A program made the position numbers and the translations under genes. From Gammaproteobacteria bacterium (GTDB lineage Bacteria > Pseudomonadota > Gammaproteobacteria > Steroidobacterales > Steroidobacteraceae): 64,000 bases of DNA. The notes beneath the pieces are model-generated. The model worked only from the letters and a program-made list of their open reading frames with translations, made no database searches and had not been told where the DNA came from. Numbering within the stretch: the stretch's first letter is position 1; each line of letters opens with the position of its first letter. Shown piece after piece: positions 8,839-18,075 of the stretch. Location of the stretch: positions 3,933 to 67,932 of the forward strand of contig JBDTUL010000001.1 of assembly GCA_040007735.1 (NCBI GenBank). Reading direction: 5' to 3'.

Positions 8839-11030
8839 GACACAACCTTCTCTCCCGCGAGCCTTCGCGCATTGAGCACGACGACCAGCGAGCTGACAGA
8901 CATGCCGAGCGCCGCGAGCCACGGCGGCACGAGATCGAGTGCAGCGAGCGGCACGGCAGTGAGGTTGTATGCGAGCGACCAACGCAGGTTCTGCCGGACG
9001 ATGCGAAGCATGCGCCGAGCCGTGCGGATGCCATCTGGAATCACACCCAGGGCATCGTTCAGGAGCAGGAAGTCCGCTGCCGCCTGCGCGATAGCCGAGC
9101 CCTGCCCCATGGCACAAGAGACGTCGGCGGCCGCAAGCGCCGGGCCGTCGTTGACGCCGTCCCCTACTGCGAGCACGCGATTCCCCGCCGCCTGGAGTTC
9201 CCGAATCAGCTCGACCTTTTGAGCCGGCCCGAGACGCGCGGTTGCGTGCTCGATGCGCAAGGCGACACTCGCCGCGTCCACTGCCTGCTGGGCATCACCG
9301 CTAGCCATAACCGCCCTTACGCCGAGCCGCCCGAGTTGCTCGACGGCCGCAAACGCGTCTGGCCGAACCGCTTCGCCGAGTTGGTACACCGCTACCAATC
9401 CAGACTCGTTTCCCAAAAAGATGCCGGGGTCATCCGCGGGCGCTGCGACATCGCTGGAGAGTTCAGACACGAAATCGTGTCTACCGATACGCCAGCGTCG
9501 GTCGCCAATACGACCCGCTACGCCCAATCCGTCCGTCTCGGACAGCTCGACAGCTACGACTTCGGGCAGTGCGCCGTTCGCGAACAAGGCCGCGACAGGA
9601 TGGCTCGACCCGCGCTCCAGCGCCGCCGCTGCCGCTAGTGCCGCGCCTCGGTCCAGTGAGCCAAGCAACGTCGTTCGAACAAGTGATAGGCCGCCGGCGG
9701 TAAGGGTGCCTGTCTTATCCAGCACGACGGCGTCGACTCGAGCAAGACGCTCCAAGGCGTCGGCGCGGGTGACAAGCAACCCCCGCCTGGCAAGTCGCGT
9801 TGAGGCCGCCGCAACGGCCACCGGCGTTGCGAGAGACAGTGCACAGGGGCAAGTCACTACAAGCACAGCCAGCGCAGCCGGAAACGCTCGCGCCGGATCG
9901 AACATGAGCCAGAGGGCGACCACGACGACGCAGACAATCAGACTCGCCGCAATGAACCAGCTCGCTGCGCGATCCGCCGCCCGGGCAATGGCGGGGCGAA
10001 CGCTCTGCGCGCGCTCCAGACGAGCGACGACCGAGGCCAGCGTCGAACCGGCAACACCACACCGCGCGCGTACTCGAATCGCATTACCCACACTGAGGGC
10101 GCCGCCGAGAAGCTGATCGCCAGCGACCCTGCGCTCAGCCTTCGATTCGCCGGTGACGAGTGATTCGTCCACGAGTGCTGTTCCCTCGAGCAGCACACTA
10201 TCGACAGGAATCACTCCGCCCTTCGGGATCTGCAGGATGTCGCCGGCGACGATATTCGAGGTCGGAATCCGGACCGATGTCCCATCCGCATTGACGCGCG
10301 ATACCTGCGCCGGGAGACTGCGCGCGACGGCTTCACTGATTGTGAGACTGCGTTGACGCACTACCATTTCGACGTAACGCCCGGCACCGAGGAAGAAGAT
10401 GAACATCGTCACGGAATCGAAATAGGTCTGCCCATGTCCTCGCACGGTGTTGAAGACGCTAGCGCAGTAGGCAAGCACAAGCGCGAGTGCGACCGGCACA
10501 TCCATTCCCAGCGAGCGGCGCCTTAAGTCCCGCCAGGCGCCAATCAGAAAGGGCGCACCGGAATACAGAAGCACCGGCGTCGTGATCGCCATGGCGACGT
10601 AGCGAAGGTAGGTCGCGATGGCGGGGTCCATTGCTTCAGGCCGGGCCACATACACGCCGAAGACGTACATCATCACTTGCATCATGCCGAGCCCGGCAAG
10701 GCCGATGCGCTTCAACGCGAGGCGGCGTTCCCGCACGAACGCGGCCTCTGCATCCGCACCGGCGAGCGGAATGGGCTTGAATCCGGCGGTGGCGACGGCC
10801 TCGAGAATCCGGACAAGAGGACTACAGGTCGGATCCCAGTCGACGCAGATGCGTGACGTCGCGACGTTCACGGTCACCGCCTCAATGCCGGGTAACGTGC
10901 GCACTGCCCTCTCGATCGAGCGGCTACATGCCGCACAACGGATGCCCTCAGCAGCGAACACTGTGCGGGCGTGCCCGCCAGACTCGTTAGTCCAAAACGC
11001 ATGCGAGCCCAATGCTGCGACGGCGACCAT
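8835..11030 (-). CDS. ccoI: copper-translocating P1B-type ATPase CcoI/FixI
   Basis: 731 aa with an N-terminal metal-binding CAAC, CPC in a TM helix (VVTCPCALSLATP), DKTGTLT and GDGVNDGPAL. Confidence 0.9.
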   Translation of the reverse strand: MVAVAALGSHAFWTNESGGHARTVFAAEGIRCAACSRSIERAVRTLPGIEAVTVNVATSRICVDWDPTCSPLVRILEAVATAGFKPIPLAGADAEAAFVRERRLALKRIGLAGLGMMQVMMYVFGVYVARPEAMDPAIATYLRYVAMAITTPVLLYSGAPFLIGAWRDLRRRSLGMDVPVALALVLAYCASVFNTVRGHGQTYFDSVTMFIFFLGAGRYVEMVVRQRSLTISEAVARSLPAQVSRVNADGTSVRIPTSNIVAGDILQIPKGGVIPVDSVLLEGTALVDESLVTGESKAERRVAGDQLLGGALSVGNAIRVRARCGVAGSTLASVVARLERAQSVRPAIARAADRAASWFIAASLIVCVVVVALWLMFDPARAFPAALAVLVVTCPCALSLATPVAVAAASTRLARRGLLVTRADALERLARVDAVVLDKTGTLTAGGLSLVRTTLLGSLDRGAALAAAAALERGSSHPVAALFANGALPEVVAVELSETDGLGVAGRIGDRRWRIGRHDFVSELSSDVAAPADDPGIFLGNESGLVAVYQLGEAVRPDAFAAVEQLGRLGVRAVMASGDAQQAVDAASVALRIEHATARLGPAQKVELIRELQAAGNRVLAVGDGVNDGPALAAADVSCAMGQGSAIAQAAADFLLLNDALGVIPDGIRTARRMLRIVRQNLRWSLAYNLTAVPLAALDLVPPWLAALGMSVSSLVVVLNARRLAGEKVVS

Positions 11031-11036
11031 GTGCGG

Positions 11037-11570
11037 CTACTCGTTGTGTCCCGAGCCGGCGTCGAGAACCAAACGGCTGAGCGACCCACGCGTGGTCTGA
11101 CGAATGGCCCAACCGTTCACGGCATCGATGAGTTCGAGGCGCCAGTGCCCCTCCACAGCTTGATGGCACTTGCCGGTGTAGAGCACGACTTCGCGGCCGG
11201 CTGCTTTCTCAACGCGCACTCGATCAAAGGTGACGCGCTGGTCGAGTTTCGGTTTGGTCGCATGCGCCAGCAGCAGCAACAATGCGCTCGGCGTGGCTCC
11301 GTCCATCTGCAGGCGCACCTCGCAGCGGCCTGAAGGTCCGAACCCGGAAAGCAAGGCACTCACATGCAGGTCCGCGGCGTGCGCCGCTTGAGTGAAGTCG
11401 CGGTCGAGCTGGAAACCTTCCCAGTGGTACTGCTCGGGCAGCTGTCCATCGGGGTGGTTGAGAGTGAGCACGAGCGACAGAACGCTTGCGACGACAGCCA
11501 CCGCGGGCAGACCCCAGGCGAGCAACAGAACCGGATTGCGTATGACAGACATCGGAGACCTTCCTTTCAT
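11037..11570 (-). CDS. ccoH: CcoH/FixH cbb3 assembly protein
   Basis: 177 aa with one N-terminal TM helix. Position between ccoG and ccoI. The start overlaps the ccoG stop (ATGA). Confidence 0.75.
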   Translation of the reverse strand: MKGRSPMSVIRNPVLLLAWGLPAVAVVASVLSLVLTLNHPDGQLPEQYHWEGFQLDRDFTQAAHAADLHVSALLSGFGPSGRCEVRLQMDGATPSALLLLLAHATKPKLDQRVTFDRVRVEKAAGREVVLYTGKCHQAVEGHWRLELIDAVNGWAIRQTTRGSLSRLVLDAGSGHNE

Positions 11571-12949
11571 TGCGTCGGCGCTATGAAGCGGGCTGTGGCG
11601 TGCGCGACCAGCCGCGGCTCCCGTTCTGCCTGGACGACGAACTCAATGTCCTGTGGACCCATCGGCTCGTAGGCCGGGCGGCGAACTCTGACGGCTGCGG
11701 AATACACTTCCCCGCTAGCCACGTCGAATCGCGCGACGGCCGGATCGAGGCTCAACTCGCCATCGCCGCGGACCGTCACGCGGAAGCGATGCGCTTGCTC
11801 GGTCTTGTTGAGTATCTTGACGTTGTAGACATTCTCGACGCGCCCATCATCCAGCAGCCGATAGAGCGCGTTCCGGTCACGAATGATGTCGACGTCGAGT
11901 GGCGTGCGCATCGCAATGCCGACGCCAAATGCCAGGATGAGAGCTGCAAGCAGTGCCCCGTACACGAGGACACGTGGCCGGAGAACGCGTGATGGCTTGC
12001 GCTCGAGCGCGTTCTGCGTGGTGTAGCGGATGAGCCCGCGCGGGTAGCTCATCTTATCCATGACGGTGTCGCAGGCATCGACGCAGGCCGCGCAGGCAAT
12101 GCACTCGTACTGAAGCCCCTTCCGAATATCTATTCCTGTCGGACAGACCTGTACGCACAACGTGCAATCGACGCAGGCACCCAAGCCGGCCACACCGAGA
12201 TCTGTTCCCCTTCGGCGTGAGCCGCGCGGCTCCCCGCGCTCCTCATCATAGGTCACGATCAGTGTGTCGCGGTCGAACATGGCACTCTGGAAGCGTGCAT
12301 ACGGACACATGTATTTGCACACTTGCTCACGCAGGAAACCGGCGTTCCCATATGTGGCAAAACCATAGAACAGCATCCAGAAAAGCTCCCATGGCCCGAG
12401 GGAAAGGGCCAGGATCTGTGGCGGCAGAGATGCAATGGGGGTGAAGAACCCCACGAAGGTGACGCCGGTCCACAGCGAGAAAGCGATCCAGAGCGCGTGC
12501 TTGAGGACCTTGCGTCCCAGCTTCCGTGCGCTCCAGCCGGGCCTGTCGAGTTTCAAACGCTCGCTGCGCGAGCCCTCCACGAGCTGCTCCATCCACAGGA
12601 ACGTTTCGGTCCAGACGGTTTGTGGGCAGGCGAATCCGCACCACAGCCGGCCTGCGATCGCGGTGAAGAAGAACAGACCGAACGCTGCAATGACCAGCAA
12701 CGCCGTGAGAAAGATAAAGTCCTGCGGCCACATCACGAGCCCAAAGACATAGAACTTTCGCGCGGGCAGATCGAAGAGCACCGCCTGACGGCCGTTCCAA
12801 TGGACCCAGGGCATCAGATAGAAGAGCCCCAGCAGCACCCAGACCGCGAGAGTGCGCAGGCGTGCATAACGGCCTGATACCTCTCGCGGATAGATCTTCT
12901 GCTCCGAGACGTAGTAGCTGTCGGAACCGGAAGTCAGTGGCGCGTTCAC
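11567..12949 (-). CDS. ccoG: CcoG/FixG 4Fe-4S ferredoxin-type membrane protein
   Basis: ORF 11567..13165 trimmed to GTG 12949, which forms a GTGA overlap with the upstream ORF stop. KIYPREVSGRYARLR N-terminus and two CxxCxxCxxxCP ferredoxin motifs (CTLCVQVCP, CIACAACVDAC). Confidence 0.85.
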   Translation of the reverse strand: MNAPLTSGSDSYYVSEQKIYPREVSGRYARLRTLAVWVLLGLFYLMPWVHWNGRQAVLFDLPARKFYVFGLVMWPQDFIFLTALLVIAAFGLFFFTAIAGRLWCGFACPQTVWTETFLWMEQLVEGSRSERLKLDRPGWSARKLGRKVLKHALWIAFSLWTGVTFVGFFTPIASLPPQILALSLGPWELFWMLFYGFATYGNAGFLREQVCKYMCPYARFQSAMFDRDTLIVTYDEERGEPRGSRRRGTDLGVAGLGACVDCTLCVQVCPTGIDIRKGLQYECIACAACVDACDTVMDKMSYPRGLIRYTTQNALERKPSRVLRPRVLVYGALLAALILAFGVGIAMRTPLDVDIIRDRNALYRLLDDGRVENVYNVKILNKTEQAHRFRVTVRGDGELSLDPAVARFDVASGEVYSAAVRVRRPAYEPMGPQDIEFVVQAEREPRLVAHATARFIAPTQ

Positions 12950-13269
12950 GGCTTTCCGCCACTCCGGGCCGACGTGTCGGTATGAGCCATGTAGATAGTG
13001 AGCGCCGCGGAGATTGCCGCCACGAGCCACAAACAGAAGAAGCCGAGCGCGTAGACCGTGCGACGATCGATCCACCACGACGGCAGTTCGCCGCCCTGAA
13101 TGGCGCCCGGGTCGAACAGCGCAAATGTCAGCGTCGTTCCCCCGGCAGCCGCCAGGAATGAACACCAGATCACGACGCCAATAGTGCGTCCGCGCGGCGT
13201 CAGCTCACGCACAGGTGGGGGCAAGCCTGCAGGAGCGCCAGTCGGTTCGGTGTTTGCCGGGCTGCTCAT
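12946..13269 (-). CDS. hypothetical 2-TM membrane protein wedged between ccoP and ccoG
   Basis: 107-aa ORF with 4-nt start/stop overlaps at both ends (ATGA with ccoP, GTGA with ccoG). Two hydrophobic helices. No family recognised. Confidence 0.5.
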   Translation of the reverse strand: MSSPANTEPTGAPAGLPPPVRELTPRGRTIGVVIWCSFLAAAGGTTLTFALFDPGAIQGGELPSWWIDRRTVYALGFFCLWLVAAISAALTIYMAHTDTSARSGGKP

Positions 13270-14204
13270 TGAGCAGGCGTCGGCGTCGCACTCGCGACCG
13301 AGGCCGAAGCGGATGCAGCCCCGCCGCCGAGACTGAGCACGTAGGCCGCAACGAGCTTCGTGCGCACTTCACCCAGGCGCTCCAGGTGCGCGGGCATCTG
13401 GCCCTGCCGTCCATTGGCGATGGTGGCGCGAATCGTCGCCACCGCGCCACCATGCAACCACACGTTGTCTGTCAGGTTCGGCGCGCCGAGCAAAGGATTT
13501 CCCTGACCTCCCGCGCCGTGACATGCCGCGCACAGCTGCCCGAACGTCTGCTTGCCTTCCTCGGCGTTTCCGGCAGGAAGCTTGCGGCCGGACAGGCTCA
13601 TCACATACGTCAGAAGATTCTCGAGGCGCTCGCCGCCCACAATCGGAAGCCACCCCGGCATCACGCCCGTGCGCCCGTTCTGGATTGTGGCCAGCACCGT
13701 TTCTGCCGAGCCGCCCCATAGCCAGTCCTTGTCCGTGAGGTTCGGGAATCCCGGCGCGCCGCGCGCATCGGCGCCATGACAGGCGGCGCAGTTGTTCAGG
13801 AAGAAGTTACGTCCGGTGCGGATCGCCTCCGGATCGTGCACCAGCGCTGCAACTGGCTGTTTTGCGAACGGTGCCAAGGCTCGCTGCAGAACAAGCTCCG
13901 CGTCGCGTGACTCGGCCTCGAACTGCTCGACCTGGCTCCACTTTCGAATGCCCAGGAAATTGCCGAGTCCCGGATAGAGAACCAGATAGCCTAGGCCGAA
14001 CAACACAGTGAGAACGAAGAGTCCGAGCCACCACCGGGGTAATGGCTTGTTGTACTCGGTCAGGTCACCGTCCCAGATGTGTCCCGTCGTTTGTGCGCGC
14101 TTCTCCTCACCCCGGCTGCGACTCGTCCACCACAGCAGCCACAGCGCGGCCGCGATGTTCAACAGCGTGGGAATGGCAATGAGCGCGCTGGTGAGGGAGC
14201 TCAT
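13266..14204 (-). CDS. ccoP: cbb3 oxidase subunit III, diheme cytochrome c
   Basis: 312 aa with an N-terminal TM helix and two CxxCH motifs (CAACHG twice). Confidence 0.9.
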   Translation of the reverse strand: MSSLTSALIAIPTLLNIAAALWLLWWTSRSRGEEKRAQTTGHIWDGDLTEYNKPLPRWWLGLFVLTVLFGLGYLVLYPGLGNFLGIRKWSQVEQFEAESRDAELVLQRALAPFAKQPVAALVHDPEAIRTGRNFFLNNCAACHGADARGAPGFPNLTDKDWLWGGSAETVLATIQNGRTGVMPGWLPIVGGERLENLLTYVMSLSGRKLPAGNAEEGKQTFGQLCAACHGAGGQGNPLLGAPNLTDNVWLHGGAVATIRATIANGRQGQMPAHLERLGEVRTKLVAAYVLSLGGGAASASASVASATPTPAQ

Positions 14205-14353
14205 GAACGAATCTCACCGTCTTCTTCGAGCGGAAGCCGAGCGGCAGCGTCGAACCGCGCGCGGCGCCGGTCGCTGAAGGCCCACACCCACATGCCGACA
14301 AAAAGCACGATCAGAATCGCGGTGACGACGCCGCTCAATGTTCCGGCACTCAT
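14201..14353 (-). CDS. ccoQ: cbb3 oxidase subunit IV CcoQ
   Basis: 50 aa, MSAGTLSGVVTAILIVLFVGMWVWAFSDRRRARFDAAARLPLEED, trimmed from ORF 14201..14470. The stop overlaps the ccoP start. Confidence 0.75.
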   Translation of the reverse strand: MSAGTLSGVVTAILIVLFVGMWVWAFSDRRRARFDAAARLPLEEDGEIRS

Positions 14354-14378
14354 CGCTGTGTCCTCGGTAAGGTGTTCA

Positions 14379-14987
14379 TCAGTGCCACTGCTTCGAGGCA
14401 AGCCCGAGCCCCTGCAGGTAGGCGATGAGTGCTTCCATCTCGGTCTTTCCCTCGACCGCCGCCGGAGCACCTGCGAGGTCGGCGTCGGTATAGGGCACGC
14501 CGAGCTTGCGTAGCACCCGCATCTTCACCGGAAGCTCCTGCGGATCAACCTTTGCGTCCGCGAGCCAGGCGTACCGAGGCATGTTCGACTCCGGGACGAC
14601 GTCGCGAGGGTTCGCAAGATGCACACGATGCCATTCGTCGCTGTATCGCCCGCCGACACGCGCAAGGTCCGGGCCGGTGCGCTTCGACCCGAATTGGAAC
14701 GGATGGTCATACACGGACTCGCCCGCCACGGAATAGTGGCCGTAGCGCTCGGTCTCCGCGCGCAGCGGTCGAATCATCTGCGAGTGGCAACCGTAGCAGC
14801 CCTCGCGAACGTAGATGTCGCGGCCGGCGAGCTCCAGTGCCGGATAGGGCTTTACTCCGGGCGCGGCGTGAGTCACCTGGCTGGAAAGATAGAGCGGAAT
14901 GATCTCGACCATCCCGCCGACGCTGATCACAACCGCGATCAGAATGCCCATCAGCCCGGCGCGCTTCTCGATGATTTCGTGTTTCAC
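14379..14987 (-). CDS. ccoO: cbb3 oxidase subunit II, monoheme cytochrome c
   Basis: 202 aa with an N-terminal TM helix and a [11 protein letters not shown] heme motif. Confidence 0.9.
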   Translation of the reverse strand: MKHEIIEKRAGLMGILIAVVISVGGMVEIIPLYLSSQVTHAAPGVKPYPALELAGRDIYVREGCYGCHSQMIRPLRAETERYGHYSVAGESVYDHPFQFGSKRTGPDLARVGGRYSDEWHRVHLANPRDVVPESNMPRYAWLADAKVDPQELPVKMRVLRKLGVPYTDADLAGAPAAVEGKTEMEALIAYLQGLGLASKQWH

Positions 14988-15006
14988 GTAGTCGTTCCCC
15001 TGCCCA

Positions 15007-16473
15007 TCACGCCGGCTGCGCTACGGGCACATCGATCGTAGCGCCACGGCTTTCCCGGATCGTCCGGCGGACGTTGTAGGCCATGATGAACATGCCACCG
15101 AGCACCAGCAGTCCACCGCCGAGCCGCACGATGTAGTACGGGTACGTTGCCTTGAGCGCTTCGACGAATGTGTAGGTGAGCGTTCCATCGCTATTGGTGG
15201 CGCGCCACATGAGGCCCTGCATTACCCCGGCCACCCACATGGCGGCGACGTATAGAACGATGCCCAGCGTCGTGATCCAGAAGTGCCAGTCGATGAGGCG
15301 CGTGCTCCACATGCTCGTGCGGCCGTACAGGCGCGGGATCATCACGTAGAGCGATCCCACCGTCGTCATCGCCACCCAGCCCAGCGCGCCGGAGTGAACG
15401 TGACCGATGGTCCAGTCCGTGTAGTGAGACAACGCGTTGACGGTCTTGATCGACATCATTGGCCCTTCGAAGGTCGACATGCCGTAGAACGAGAGAGCGA
15501 CGATCAGGAATTTGAGGATGGGATCCGTGCGCAACTTATGCCACGCGCCGGAGAGCGTCATCATGCCGTTGATCATGCCGCCCCAGGACGGCGCAAGCAG
15601 AATCAGCGAGAACACCATGCCGATCGACTGAGCCCAGTCCGGCAACGTGGTGTAGTGCAGATGATGCGGGCCAGCCCACATGTAGATGGAAATGAGCGCC
15701 CAGAAGTGCACGATCGACAGCCGATACGAATACACAGGGCGGCCAGCCTGCTTCGGAATGAAGTAATACATCATCCCGAGAAAGCCGGTGGTCAGGAAAA
15801 AGCCCACGGCATTGTGTCCATACCACCACTGCACCATCGCATCGACGGTGCCGGCGTACGCGGAGTACGACTTGGTGAGCGAGACAGGCAACGCAGCGCT
15901 GTTCACGATGTGCAGCACCGCCGTCGTGACGATGAACGAGGCGAAGAACCAGTTGGCCACGTAGATATGCGACACGCGTCGCTTGATCAGCGTGCCGAAG
16001 AACACAACCAGATACGCGACCCAGACGATGGCGAGAAGAATGTCGATGGGCCACTCGAGCTCTGCGTATTCCTTGCTGCTCGTGATCCCTAAAGGCAAGG
16101 TGATCGCTGCGAGAACGATGACGGCCTGCCATCCCCAGAACGTGAAAGACGCCAGTGCGTCGGAGAACAGCCGCACGTGACACGTGCGCTGGACCACGTA
16201 ATAAGACGTGGCAAACAGCGCCGAGCCGCCAAATGCGAAGATCACCGCATTGGTGTGCAGCGGACGCAGCCGCCCGTATGCGAGCCATGGAAGGCCCAGA
16301 CTCAGGTCCGGCCAGATCAGCTCCGCGGCAATGAGCGCACCAACCGCCATGCCGACGATGCCCCATACGATGGTCATCGCGGCGAACTGCCTGATGACCT
16401 GGTCGTTGTAGGTCGTCGCTGCCGCCGGGGCGACAGGCGCTTGCGCCAGGACGTCGGCGGTAATGGCATTCAC
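15007..16473 (-). CDS. ccoN: cbb3 oxidase subunit I
   Basis: 488 aa, polytopic heme-copper oxidase subunit I pattern ([29 protein letters not shown]). Confidence 0.95.
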   Translation of the reverse strand: MNAITADVLAQAPVAPAAATTYNDQVIRQFAAMTIVWGIVGMAVGALIAAELIWPDLSLGLPWLAYGRLRPLHTNAVIFAFGGSALFATSYYVVQRTCHVRLFSDALASFTFWGWQAVIVLAAITLPLGITSSKEYAELEWPIDILLAIVWVAYLVVFFGTLIKRRVSHIYVANWFFASFIVTTAVLHIVNSAALPVSLTKSYSAYAGTVDAMVQWWYGHNAVGFFLTTGFLGMMYYFIPKQAGRPVYSYRLSIVHFWALISIYMWAGPHHLHYTTLPDWAQSIGMVFSLILLAPSWGGMINGMMTLSGAWHKLRTDPILKFLIVALSFYGMSTFEGPMMSIKTVNALSHYTDWTIGHVHSGALGWVAMTTVGSLYVMIPRLYGRTSMWSTRLIDWHFWITTLGIVLYVAAMWVAGVMQGLMWRATNSDGTLTYTFVEALKATYPYYIVRLGGGLLVLGGMFIMAYNVRRTIRESRGATIDVPVAQPA

Positions 16474-16570
16474 AGTGTGGCGCCCTGCGCAGCAGTCGGC
16501 GCAGCGCGCTGGTCACTATCCACGCGTGACATCTTTGCGGTGTGCGCAGAGCGCTTCAGGCCCTTTCGCG

Positions 16571-16585
16571 CCATCTTTAAGATGG
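16571..16585. promoter_or_regulatory. perfect palindrome CCATCTT-T-AAGATGG about 100 bp upstream of ccoN
   Basis: Read directly from the sequence in the ccoN 5' intergenic region. The binding factor is unknown. Confidence 0.25.
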
Positions 16586-16732
16586 CTACGACCCCGACGC
16601 CAGCCAGGCCAAACAGGACACTTCTAACAGGCTCTTCACACAACGGGCAGCACATTGATGTCACTCCTCAGGATTCGCCGCGATACTGACGCGGGCGAGG
16701 CAGGCCTGCGACTCGCACGACTGCATAACCCG

Positions 16733-16754
16733 CTGAGGAGTTCTACGTAGCTCG
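16733..16754 (+). promoter_or_regulatory. degenerate member of the island box family (CTGAGGAGTTCTACGTAGCTCG)
   Basis: Lies between the ligB stop and the ccoN start. Shares CT(A/G)AGGAGTT and CTACG cores with the boxes at 42430..42456 and 44276..44302. Confidence 0.3.
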
Positions 16755-16766
16755 TGCGATTCGCTT

Positions 16767-17615
16767 TCACGCCGCGAGCGTGTTCTCCAGCACCAGCAGG
16801 CCTGTCGCCGTATTCGAGATCGGGATGTGATAGTTGCTGTGGACCTTGTGGACACCCTCCGCAAGCGCGCCGCGCGCCGCAATCCACATGAGAATCTCGA
16901 TCCCCTGGGTTCCGGCGAGCTCAATGATTTCCCGGTTGGAATAGCGCGTCAGCGCTTCGGGATCGCTCACCAGCTTCTCGAGGCACAGGAGGTCGAATTC
17001 CTTGTTGATGAAACCGGCGCGCGTTCCATCGAGTTGATGCGACATGCCGCCGGTGCCCACGACGAGCACACGTGCATCTTCAGGAAACGTCTCAATGGCG
17101 CGCCCCACCGCCGCACCGAACTTCAGACAACGCGCCGCGCTCGGTAACGGGTGCTGCACCGTGTTGATCGCGATAGGGACAGTCTTTACCGGCCGACGTC
17201 CCGCGCCGGGCCACAAAAGAGCCATGGGCACCGCGAACGCGTGATCCACCAGCATCTCCTGGCAGGTGGTGACGTCGAACTCGGCCTCGACCAGCGACTC
17301 GATCAAATGCCAGGACAAGTCCGGCGAGCCCGGAAACGGCGGCACCTGCGGCAGGCCCCAGCCCTCGTCCGCGTTCTGGTAGCTCTCGGCCGCACCCACG
17401 GCAAACGTCGGCATCTTGTCCAGAAAGAAATTGAGGCCGTGGTCGTTGTAGAAAACGACAACGGTGTCCGGGCGTACCTCTTCCAGCCACTCGTGCACCC
17501 GATCGAACGCCTGGAAGAACGGTTCCCAGTACGGCTCCGACTCGCAGGCACGTGCGATCGCGCCGCCAATGGCTGGAACGTGAGAGGTCATGAGAGCGCC
17601 AACGATCTGTGCCAT
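16767..17615 (-). CDS. ligB: class III extradiol dioxygenase, protocatechuate 4,5-dioxygenase beta subunit-like
   Basis: ORF trimmed to ATG 17615 (MAQIVGALMTSHVPAIG...). Colinear with recalled Sphingobium LigB (YNDH, PTFA.G, ADEGWG, GTGGMSHQL.G.RAG.INKEFD, YHIP.SNTA). Confidence 0.85.
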   Translation of the reverse strand: MAQIVGALMTSHVPAIGGAIARACESEPYWEPFFQAFDRVHEWLEEVRPDTVVVFYNDHGLNFFLDKMPTFAVGAAESYQNADEGWGLPQVPPFPGSPDLSWHLIESLVEAEFDVTTCQEMLVDHAFAVPMALLWPGAGRRPVKTVPIAINTVQHPLPSAARCLKFGAAVGRAIETFPEDARVLVVGTGGMSHQLDGTRAGFINKEFDLLCLEKLVSDPEALTRYSNREIIELAGTQGIEILMWIAARGALAEGVHKVHSNYHIPISNTATGLLVLENTLAA

Positions 17616-17617
17616 GT

Positions 17618-17968
17618 CTATTTCCCCGCTGCGGTGAGCTGGGCGCGAAAAGCTTCGACGGACATGCCCGTCTGCTGAGCGCCAATGTCCTGCACACTCA
17701 GACCGAAAATGCCCGTGAGCTTGGCGAGGTAGTAGATGTTCCCCCCGACAGCGATCAGCGACAGCACGTCGCGACGCTTTACCGCGTCTCGCTGTTCCGC
17801 ATCGAGCCGAAAACGCGTGCAGTACGCATCTTCGTCCTCGCGGAAAGCACGGCGGTTTTCCGCGCTGTTGAAGGAATAGCACATGCGGTTGAGCGCATAC
17901 CCGCGCCGTGCCGCGGTGCCATCGAAGATCGGAGTGACGGGAGCGAGTGGGTTGGCTGTGGAGATCAT
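17618..17968 (-). CDS. ligA: protocatechuate 4,5-dioxygenase alpha subunit-like
   Basis: ORF trimmed to ATG 17968 (116 aa). LigA-like ARRGYALNRMCYSF...AENRRAFREDEDAY...GGNIYYLAKL. The stop lies 2 nt before the ligB start. Confidence 0.8.
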   Translation of the reverse strand: MISTANPLAPVTPIFDGTAARRGYALNRMCYSFNSAENRRAFREDEDAYCTRFRLDAEQRDAVKRRDVLSLIAVGGNIYYLAKLTGIFGLSVQDIGAQQTGMSVEAFRAQLTAAGK

Positions 17969-18075
17969 GATGGGCCTCTTCCGGTTACGAATCGCCGGAC
18001 TCATAAGATAGCGGCCTCGGTCGCGCAGGAACCCAGAGAATATTCGGGCGTCGCTACGCAGAAACCCGTATCGCT

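Noticed and set aside
9253-10116. 287-aa plus-strand ORF antisense to ccoI (and similarly 47684..48391, antisense to the DUF4010 gene)
   Set aside because: It has Ala/Ser/Thr/Arg-rich low-complexity translation and lies entirely inside strongly supported genes on the other strand.
15536-16516. 326-aa minus-strand ORF in an alternative frame of ccoN
   Set aside because: The ccoN frame carries unmistakable heme-copper oxidase motifs. The alternative frame is Arg/His-rich low-complexity sequence.
16655-16668. FNR/Anr/FixK-like half-site TTGATGTCACTCCT upstream of ccoN
   Set aside because: Only the left half (TTGAT) matches. The right half is CTCCT instead of ATCAA, so this is not a credible FNR box.
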